Assembly: GCA_965250005.1 (NCBI GenBank)
Contig: OZ252279.1
Location: forward strand, 1,230,001-1,262,000
Direction: 5' to 3'
DNA: 32,000 nucleotides
Origin: Demequinaceae bacterium
GTDB lineage: Bacteria > Actinomycetota > Actinomycetes > Actinomycetales > Demequinaceae
Positions 8,824 through 15,366 of the stretch are shown one piece after another. Made by a program: the position numbers and the translations under genes. The stretch's first letter is position 1. Each line of letters begins with the position of its first letter. The notes beneath the pieces were generated by a model, which was not told the origin of the DNA, made no database searches, and was given only the letters and a program-made list of their open reading frames with translations.

Positions 8824-8849
8824 CGTGCAGCGGAGTGTCCCGGCGTCTG

Positions 8850-8855
8850 TATTGT
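8850..8855 (+). promoter_or_regulatory. candidate -10 hexamer TATTGT, 6 nt upstream of ATG 8862 (leaderless HAD-IB gene)
   Basis: Sequence is ctgtattgt-tgtcgc-ATG. Confidence 0.45.
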
Positions 8856-8861
8856 TGTCGC

Positions 8862-9683
8862 ATGACTCGGACGGCTGCCGCCCGCCCTGGAGCCGGCGCT
8901 ATCGCTGCGTTCTTCGACGTGGACAACACCATCATCCGCGGCGCGAGTTCGTTCTACATCGCCCGCGGCCTCCATCGGCGCGGATACTTCAACTCGCTCA
9001 ACATCGTGAAATTCGCGTTTGAACAACTAAAGTACCGCGTCCTTGGCGAGAGCAAGGAACAGATGGACACGTTGCAGGAGAACGCGATGTCAATCATCGA
9101 GGGATGGTCGGTCGCCGACATGGCGTCGATCGGCGAGGAGATTTACGACGAGGTCCTCGCCCTGCGCATCTACCCCGGCACGAAGGCAATCCTTGACGGC
9201 CACCTCAAGCGCGGTCACGAAGTGTGGCTTGTTACTGCCTCGCCCGTTGAAGTCGGCAAAATCATCGCTCGCCGTTTGGGTGCGACCGGCGCACTCGGAA
9301 CCGTCGCCGAGCGGAACCGCGGCTTCTACACCGGCAAGCTCATCGGCGGCCTGATGCACGGTGCCAACAAGGCCAAGGCGACCAAGGTTCTCGCGGCAGA
9401 GCGAGGCATCGACCTGTCGAAGTCGTACGCCTACGGCGACTCGATGAACGACGTCCACATTCTGGGCGAGGTGGGCAACCCATGCGCCATCAATCCCGAG
9501 GGAAGACTGCGTAGGTATGCCAAGAAGCAGGAGTGGCCGATCCAGGACTTCCGCGGCAAGAAGGGCACGGGGCGTCGCGGAATAGTCGCGACAACGAGTG
9601 CCGGAACCCTGTGGGTGATCCTCGCCGTCTTGCGAAAGATCAAGCGGAGCTTTGTCGCGGTATTCAGCCGCAAGAAACCCTAG
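8862..9683 (+). CDS. HAD-IB family hydrolase (SerB-like phosphatase)
   Basis: Contains FFDVDNTII (DxDxT motif I), VTASP, and YGDSMNDVHIL (motif IV). Start set to ATG 8862 (MTRTAAARPG...) because TATTGT-N6 precedes it. The track start at 8835 adds only MSRRLYCCR. Confidence 0.8.
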   Translation: MTRTAAARPGAGAIAAFFDVDNTIIRGASSFYIARGLHRRGYFNSLNIVKFAFEQLKYRVLGESKEQMDTLQENAMSIIEGWSVADMASIGEEIYDEVLALRIYPGTKAILDGHLKRGHEVWLVTASPVEVGKIIARRLGATGALGTVAERNRGFYTGKLIGGLMHGANKAKATKVLAAERGIDLSKSYAYGDSMNDVHILGEVGNPCAINPEGRLRRYAKKQEWPIQDFRGKKGTGRRGIVATTSAGTLWVILAVLRKIKRSFVAVFSRKKP

Positions 9684-9689
9684 CGCGGG

Positions 9690-9788
9690 CTATTTCTTGT
9701 TGCGGCGCTGGTGACGCGTCTTGCGGAGAAGCTTGCGGTGCTTCTTCTTCGACATGCGCTTGCGGCGCTTCTTGATGACGGAACCCAC
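9690..9788 (-). CDS. 30S ribosomal protein bS22 (AURKAIP1/COX24-like, actinobacteria-specific)
   Basis: Hand translation of the minus strand gives [32 protein letters not shown] followed by a stop (32 aa). This is near-identical in its N-terminal two thirds to the mycobacterial bS22 sequence as I remember it. AGAAGAGG lies 4-5 nt upstream of the GTG. The gene is too short for the supplied ORF track. Confidence 0.8.
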   Translation of the reverse strand: MGSVIKKRRKRMSKKKHRKLLRKTRHQRRNKK

Positions 9789-9804
9789 GGGACCTCTTCT
9801 GGTG

Positions 9805-9830
9805 GCCTAGGACAATCTGTCGCCTAGGAC
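9805..9830. repeat. direct repeat GCCTAGGAC x2 (8-nt spacer), each containing the palindrome CCTAGG
   Basis: Copies at 9805-9813 and 9822-9830 are identical 9-mers. They lie 16 nt upstream of the bS22 GTG on the minus strand. Confidence 0.6.
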
Positions 9831-9889
9831 GGCTAGTTTGACGGTTGAGACCAGCCGCTTGGATTGCTCCACACGGGGCTGACGGAGGT

Positions 9890-10144
9890 CTAGCCTACCG
9901 CGCCTGCGGAGCGGCCGTCGTCCTCGATGGTCTCGAAGCCTCCGGTGAGCGCAGCGTTCTCCATAAACACCTCGACTGCCTGCTGCGGAATCCGGAAGGA
10001 ACGCCCGAATCGGACTGCGGGCATCTCGCCTGCATGAACCCAGCGGTACACAGTCATGCGCGAGACGCGCAGCATGTCTGCGACCTCGGCGACCGTCAGA
10101 AAGGTCGTGCGGGGTGCGGCGTTGTCTGCCATCGGGTGATCCAT
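9890..10144 (-). CDS. excisionase-family/MerR-like helix-turn-helix DNA-binding protein (conserved actinobacterial small HTH)
   Basis: Contains FLTVAEVADMLRVSRMTVYRWVHAGEMPAVRFGRSFRIP, an HTH_17-type motif. It is the conserved neighbour of bS22. The second Met at 10132 (MADNAAPR) is an alternative start, with AGGATGG upstream. Confidence 0.75.
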   Translation of the reverse strand: MDHPMADNAAPRTTFLTVAEVADMLRVSRMTVYRWVHAGEMPAVRFGRSFRIPQQAVEVFMENAALTGGFETIEDDGRSAGAVG

Positions 10145-10306
10145 CCTGTGGGCATCTGCCTCAGATATCGGCGTGATGTGTCCCCCACCTTAGAGGCTGG
10201 AGTGACAGTTGTGAAGGGGAATTGTCACGGTACGGGTGTGAAGTGCCGATACCTATGGGTGGCAAAGTAAGTATCGAGGGGCAGCGCGCCCGCACGAAGG
10301 AGCGAC

Positions 10307-11680
10307 ATGGAGACGGCTCGTCGGTTGCGCCACGCCTTTCGCGACTGGTTGGACGACACCGCCCTACGCTCTCCGGCCCGCCTCGCGCTCATCGTGTTTG
10401 CCAGCGTCATCATGGCCGTCACATTTCTCCTGCAACTGCCCATGGCTACCGCGACCGGAACGCGCGCACCGTTTGTTGACTCGCTCTTCACCGCGACGTC
10501 CGCCGTGTGCGTCACCGGCCTGACCGTCCACGACACCGCCCTGTACTGGTCCTCTTTCGGCCAGACGGTCATCCTGGTCGCCATCAAGGTCGGTGGGCTA
10601 GGGATCATGACCCTGGCCTCGCTGCTCGGCCTTGCCGTCTCGCGACGGCTCGGACTGACCCAGCGCATGCTCGCCGCCGAGGAGAGCCGCGCGAGTGGCC
10701 TAGGTGACGTGAAATCGCTCCTGCGCACCATCGTGCTCGTGTCTGCCGCGGTCGAGACTGCTATCGCGGCCGCCCTTTTCCCCCGGTTCCTGGCGCTCGG
10801 CCAGGACATGGCCGACGCCGGATACAACTCCGTTTTCTACGCGATTTCCGCGTTCAACAACGCGGGCTTCGTCCCCAACGCGGGCGGCCTCAGTCCGTAC
10901 GTGGACGACTGGTGGATACGCGCGCCCATCGGGCTCGGCGTGCTGATCGGCTCGCTCGGGTTCCCCGTATTCCTCAACGTCATGCGCCGCTGGCGCCACC
11001 CACGCGAATGGTCACTCCACACCAAGCTCACACTCATCACAGGCGGCGTTCTGCTCGTGGTGTCGACCATCGCGTTCGGCGCCTTCGAATGGAACAACGA
11101 GGACACGCTCGGCGGCCAGTCCGTGAGTACGCGCTTTCTGAGTTCAACGTTCACTGCGATAAATATGCGCTCCGGAGGCTTCGCCGCAACGGACCACGGG
11201 CTTGCGGGCGAGGAGTCGTGGATCCTCAGCACGGTCATGATGTTCATCGGCGGCGGTAGCGGCTCAACCGCAGGGGGGCTCCGCCTCACCACGTTCGCTG
11301 TGCTGTTCCTCGCAATCGTTGCCGAGGCTCGTGGGCGCCGCGACATGGAGGCGTTCGGCCGCCGCGTCGGCACCGAGTCTCTTCGCGTGGCCGTTTCGCT
11401 ACTGCTCGTGGGAACCACCGTGGTGATCGCCGGAGTCGCCACCATGCTCGCACTCACCGACTACCCTGTCGGTGAGGTCATTTTCGAGACAGTTTCCGCG
11501 TTCGCAACGTGCGGGCTGAGCACAGGAATTACCGAGTTCTTACCGGACTCGGCAAAGTACGTGTTGACGTTTTTGATGTTCGTCGGTCGTACTGGGACCA
11601 TGACACTAGGCGCCGCGCTACTACTCAACCGCGAGCGCCGAGCGATCCGCTACCCCTCAGAAAGGCCGATCATTGGCTGA
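10307..11680 (+). CDS. trkH: TrkH/KtrB family potassium uptake membrane subunit
   Basis: Polytopic membrane protein with repeated pore-loop-like segments (CVTGLTV, FNNAGF, MRSGGF, TCGLSTG). GAAGGAG Shine-Dalgarno lies 5 nt upstream of the ATG. Confidence 0.85.
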   Translation: METARRLRHAFRDWLDDTALRSPARLALIVFASVIMAVTFLLQLPMATATGTRAPFVDSLFTATSAVCVTGLTVHDTALYWSSFGQTVILVAIKVGGLGIMTLASLLGLAVSRRLGLTQRMLAAEESRASGLGDVKSLLRTIVLVSAAVETAIAAALFPRFLALGQDMADAGYNSVFYAISAFNNAGFVPNAGGLSPYVDDWWIRAPIGLGVLIGSLGFPVFLNVMRRWRHPREWSLHTKLTLITGGVLLVVSTIAFGAFEWNNEDTLGGQSVSTRFLSSTFTAINMRSGGFAATDHGLAGEESWILSTVMMFIGGGSGSTAGGLRLTTFAVLFLAIVAEARGRRDMEAFGRRVGTESLRVAVSLLLVGTTVVIAGVATMLALTDYPVGEVIFETVSAFATCGLSTGITEFLPDSAKYVLTFLMFVGRTGTMTLGAALLLNRERRAIRYPSERPIIG

Positions 11681-12335
11681 CAACGGCAAGCACGTAGGCG
11701 TCCTCGTCATTGGCCTGGGCCGGTTTGGCGCCGCCCTGGCCGACCAACTCGACATTCTCGATGTCGAGGTCCTCGCGGTGGAGAAGGACGCGTCGCTCGT
11801 TGAGCGGTGGGCCAAGCGGCTGCCCGTTGTCGAGGCCGACGCTACCGACGCGCGCTCTCTCGACCAACTGGGCGCAAAGGACTTCAGCGCCGCGGTTGTT
11901 GGAGTGGGCACCTCCCTCGAGGCGTCCGTGCTCATCACCGGAAACCTGGTTGACATCGGGATTCCGGAGATCTGGGCCAAGGCTGTCAGCGTCGAGCACG
12001 AACGCATTCTCACCCGCATCGGCGCCCACCACGTGGTGCTCCCCGAGTCGGAGTCCGGCTCCCGCATCGCGCACATCGTTGGCGGCAAAATGCTCGACTA
12101 CATCGAGGTGGAGGATGGCTTCACCATGGCCAAAATGACTCCGCCCAAGGAGACGCACGGCTTCACGCTAGGCGAGCTCGACCTTCAGGAAAAGTACGGG
12201 ATTCGGGTTATTGGCGTGAAGGCGCCGGGCGAGCCATTTGAGTATGCGACGAACGAGACACGCGTCAGCGAACACGATCTCCTGCTGGTTGCCGGTGAGG
12301 GCGAGCTGCTCGATCGCTTCGCGCAGCGGCCGTAA
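11673..12335 (+). CDS. trkA: TrkA/KtrA potassium uptake regulatory subunit (RCK_N + RCK_C)
   Basis: Contains VLVIGLGRFGAALA Rossmann motif with a C-terminal TrkA_C-like segment. TTG start overlaps the trkH stop by 8 nt. Confidence 0.85.
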   Translation: MADNGKHVGVLVIGLGRFGAALADQLDILDVEVLAVEKDASLVERWAKRLPVVEADATDARSLDQLGAKDFSAAVVGVGTSLEASVLITGNLVDIGIPEIWAKAVSVEHERILTRIGAHHVVLPESESGSRIAHIVGGKMLDYIEVEDGFTMAKMTPPKETHGFTLGELDLQEKYGIRVIGVKAPGEPFEYATNETRVSEHDLLLVAGEGELLDRFAQRP

Positions 12336-12646
12336 CTAGGACGTCCTGCGGGCGCCGGTGCAGGGTGCCCCATGCGCGATATTGGCGCTGCTGTTGAACA
12401 CGAGAATCTCCATGCGGTACCCACCGAGCCTGTCCACGACACCAACACGCGGCCGTCGTTCCAGTTCGCGGCCGTGTAGCCAATGGCCACCAAGGTGAGC
12501 AGCTTCCAGGCCGTGCTCCAAATGAGCGCGAACTTGGGCACGCCCCCGTTGGTTGCTTCTCCACGGGCCGCAGACTTGATTCCGAACACGCCTACCGGGC
12601 CAAGCACCCAGAAAGCATCGCCTGCGGTCGCGCCCGCGATCTCCAT
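12336..12646 (-). other. Doubtful small ORF readable only across two frames (hypothetical protein, possible pseudogene, or two short ORFs)
   Basis: From ATG 12646 about 80 codons have high GC3 (MEIAGATAGDAFWVLGPVGVFGIKSAARGEATNGGVPKFALIWSTAWKLLTLVAIGYTAANWNDGRVLVSWTGSVG). High GC3 then moves to the -1 frame (YRMEILVFNSSANIAHGAPCTGARRTS, stop at 12336). The span is 311 nt (3n+2). I recognise no family. Confidence 0.25.
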
Positions 12647-12683
12647 CTGCTAGACATGGCAAGTTGACTACCGAGAAGGAATC

Positions 12684-13325
12684 ATGGCCCACCACGAACC
12701 CAACGCCACGCCCGCCGTTCCCGAGTTCAAGTCGGCCGGGCTCCTTGGCAAGATTGCTCTAAGCCTCGCGGGAGCACTCACGGTTCTCTACGTGGTGTCG
12801 GCGACCCTCTACTTGTCCTTCGAGTACTTCAGCGAAACGGTCGCGCTCGTATACCTATTGGTCAACTTTGCTACCTGGCCGGTAGCCATTGGTCTCTACG
12901 TCGCTCTCTGCCTTTGGCAAGTAGCGGTTGCATCAAACCTGCCAAGACTTGGCTTCGAGCGCCCTCAGACCTGGCTCATTTGGGCGGGTTGGTTCATTCC
13001 CTTTGCTTCTCTTGCGCTCCCCGCCGGGGTCATGGTCAAGTTGAACGCGAGAAAACTCGCAAGTGGTTGGTGGATTGCGCTGTGGTGGGCGTCGGTGCTC
13101 GCGATCACGGTAACAAACCAAGTCGTTCTCAGGCTTCCTGAACAGTCTCTAGAGTTCTACGAGATGACCGAGATCTTGCTCGCGATCACCGCACTGAGCG
13201 CCATGGGCTCGCTCTATGTACTAATCACCAGAATCTCTGCAGGCAACGACGCTCCGTCGGTAGCGCCCGAGCCTCCCGGCTCCGCGGACGGCCTCAACGA
13301 CCGCCTCAAACGCACTAGCGTCTAG
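12684..13325 (+). CDS. DUF4328 domain membrane protein
   Basis: Four to five TM helices. The motif WAGWFIPFASLALPAGVMVKL and the Trp-rich WWIALWWASVL are typical of DUF4328. GAGAAGGAA lies upstream of the ATG. Confidence 0.7.
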   Translation: MAHHEPNATPAVPEFKSAGLLGKIALSLAGALTVLYVVSATLYLSFEYFSETVALVYLLVNFATWPVAIGLYVALCLWQVAVASNLPRLGFERPQTWLIWAGWFIPFASLALPAGVMVKLNARKLASGWWIALWWASVLAITVTNQVVLRLPEQSLEFYEMTEILLAITALSAMGSLYVLITRISAGNDAPSVAPEPPGSADGLNDRLKRTSV

Positions 13326-13394
13326 TTTTTGTATTGCCTGCGCGCGACAATCGGTGGCGCCAAAGCTAACGTAAGTGGCGACAAAGGAGTCAAC

Positions 13395-14075
13395 ATGACG
13401 AAGATGCGAGTTACGGCAGCAATCGCGGTCATGAGCCTGGGCCTCGTGGCCTGCGTTCCCGAAGACGACGCGCCCGAAGAGACACCCCGGGCGAGCGCTG
13501 CCCCAACCGAAGATGAGCCCACTCCCGCAGAATCGACCCCCGAACCAGAACCAGAGCCAGAGCCCGGCCCCAACACCGTCCTCATGCATGACGGCGTTCT
13601 TCAAGCCGAGCTCCCCGAGGGCTACGTCTTTGACGCATCCGAGGGTCGCTGGACCAACGGCACGTGGATGTACGGATGCTGGGCGTGGATTGACGCGTCC
13701 ATCCCGGTTGAAGGCACTTCCGCTGCCCAAATCACGTCCACCTGGATGAACCAGTGGAGCGATTGGGGCTACTACACGGCGGGCGACGTCTGGTCCTACG
13801 CAAACGTCAACGGGTACGAAGAGAACGACATCTGGTACTCGGTGTTTATCTACGAGACCGCGGGCGGCGACTACGATTTCGAAATCTGGGAGCCCCGGTC
13901 GTTCCTGATCGACGGCGACGTCTTCATCGAGTGCTCTGCGCGAGTGTACTCACCCACCGAGCACCCTGGTGTGGGCTGGGATGACGACTTCACACGGCTG
14001 GTTGAGACAGTGACGATCGTGGACCGCGACGCGCTCCTCACCAACACTTGGGGTCTGGAGCGCGGGGACTACTAA
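13395..14075 (+). CDS. orphan secreted lipoprotein, Trp/Tyr-rich C-terminal domain
   Basis: AAAGGAG at 13383-13389, then ATG 13395. MTKMRVTAAIAVMSLGLVAC is a signal plus lipobox. An acidic Pro/Glu linker (TPEPEPEPEPGP) is followed by an aromatic-rich domain of about 150 aa with 2 Cys. No family recognised. Confidence 0.7.
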   Translation: MTKMRVTAAIAVMSLGLVACVPEDDAPEETPRASAAPTEDEPTPAESTPEPEPEPEPGPNTVLMHDGVLQAELPEGYVFDASEGRWTNGTWMYGCWAWIDASIPVEGTSAAQITSTWMNQWSDWGYYTAGDVWSYANVNGYEENDIWYSVFIYETAGGDYDFEIWEPRSFLIDGDVFIECSARVYSPTEHPGVGWDDDFTRLVETVTIVDRDALLTNTWGLERGDY

Positions 14076-14090
14076 CGGCTCAAGGCTCGC

Positions 14091-14116
14091 AGTCCGGCGC
14101 CGCGCGAACGCGGACT
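14091..14116. terminator. weak GC-rich hairpin between convergent genes (possible bidirectional terminator)
   Basis: AGTCCG (14091-14096) pairs with CGGACT (14111-14116), and 2 further pairs are possible after a bulge. There is no U-tract, as is common in actinobacteria. Confidence 0.3.
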
Positions 14117-15326
14117 AGTCGACCACCAGCCGCACGTCAGGGTTGAACGCCGCCCAGGCGAACCAGAACGTGTCAATGATGGGAACCGGCTGCAAGCGCG
14201 TGCCCGCGAGCTCGCCCGCGATCGCCTCGCCACTGAGGTTCCACCTTGACCCCGTCTCCGCGTCCGTGAGCTCCACCGAGCCGTCGACCAGTTGGGCCGT
14301 GAACGTCAGCTCGCGGCCGGCGGCCTTGGCGTAGAAGGCCGTGGTCCACGACACGGCGCGTCCCTCCGCGATCCCGGCAGTGTCCAGCGCCGACGCGAGT
14401 CCCGCGCTCGCGACGATCACTACCTGCTCGCCGTCGACGGTGGTCTGAATCGCGCCCAGTTCCGCGACCGCGGCCGTGACGACGGCGACGGCCTCGCTGG
14501 CCGCTGGGAATGCGACGATGCGCTCCTTCGGTTCGAGCCGTCCATCCTCGGCGGTGAGAGGGAACCAGGCGCCAGACGAGACCTCGTCGTAGCCGACGTA
14601 TGGGTTGCGCCCGTAGTCGCGAACCACGCCGGTGTCGCGGCTCAGCACCCATCCGTCAGGGTGCGATGCGGACCACTCGGCCCAGGGGCGCATGGTGACG
14701 GGAACGAACTCGAGGTAGTCGCCCGCCAGGAAGCCAGCGATCGAGCCGCCCTCGATCTGTGACCACAGCGACTCGGTTTGACGGTCGTACATGACCAGGT
14801 CCGAGTTGTAGAGCATGCCGCTCACGCCAAAGCTGAGCAGTCGGTCGCCATGCACGCGGTTGAACGCCAGCGCCGTGTTGCACAGCGGGCAGTACGTCAC
14901 CACGATCGGCGTGCCGTCCACCGTGTCGTTCACAATTTCATGCCAGGTCATCACCTGCACCGGGTACGCCCGATGCTGGCCGTTGAGCTCGAGCGCGACC
15001 ACCGGCTCACGGCCATCAAGCCAAGTGACGTTTGAGGCCACCTCGAAGGTGGGCTGATCGATTGCGGGGATGCCGTCGGGCGGAACTCCGCCGCTCAGCA
15101 GGGCTTTCAGGTCGATGGTCGCCGCCGGCAGCCCGTCCTGTACGGGCGAGTCGAGGGCAGACGGCACGTCCTCGCGCGGGCCCACTTCGACCGGCTCAAG
15201 CTGGACAGGATCGGACGCAGAAGCCTGGGTGGACGCGCCCACAGGGGCGACCGAGGGGGCGGCGGAACACGCTGCAAGCGCGATTGTGCCCGCAACCAGT
15301 GTTGCGACAAGTGCGGAAGTCGTCAT
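14115..15326 (-). CDS. DUF3179 domain lipoprotein
   Basis: Contains DGIPAIDQPTFE, YPVQVMTWHEIVNDTVDGTPIVVTYCPLCNTALAFNR, typical of DUF3179. MTTSALVATLVAGTIALAAC is a signal plus lipobox from ATG 15326. An alternative TTG at 15383 would add a basic RRR-containing extension. Confidence 0.8.
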   Translation of the reverse strand: MTTSALVATLVAGTIALAACSAAPSVAPVGASTQASASDPVQLEPVEVGPREDVPSALDSPVQDGLPAATIDLKALLSGGVPPDGIPAIDQPTFEVASNVTWLDGREPVVALELNGQHRAYPVQVMTWHEIVNDTVDGTPIVVTYCPLCNTALAFNRVHGDRLLSFGVSGMLYNSDLVMYDRQTESLWSQIEGGSIAGFLAGDYLEFVPVTMRPWAEWSASHPDGWVLSRDTGVVRDYGRNPYVGYDEVSSGAWFPLTAEDGRLEPKERIVAFPAASEAVAVVTAAVAELGAIQTTVDGEQVVIVASAGLASALDTAGIAEGRAVSWTTAFYAKAAGRELTFTAQLVDGSVELTDAETGSRWNLSGEAIAGELAGTRLQPVPIIDTFWFAWAAFNPDVRLVVD

Positions 15327-15366
15327 GCCTTCTACAACGCTCCGCGCGAGCCAGAACTTCCGCCGC

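Noticed and set aside
12185-12335. 3' tail of the 153-aa ORF 12185..12646 overlapping trkA on the opposite strand
   Set aside because: Its apparent codon bias can be explained by mirroring of trkA third positions, and the coding-like signal moves to another frame before 12336.
13539-13565. Hexamer tandem repeat (CCNGAR)x4
   Set aside because: It is in frame within the lipoprotein gene and simply encodes the PEPEPEPE linker. It is not an independent repeat element.
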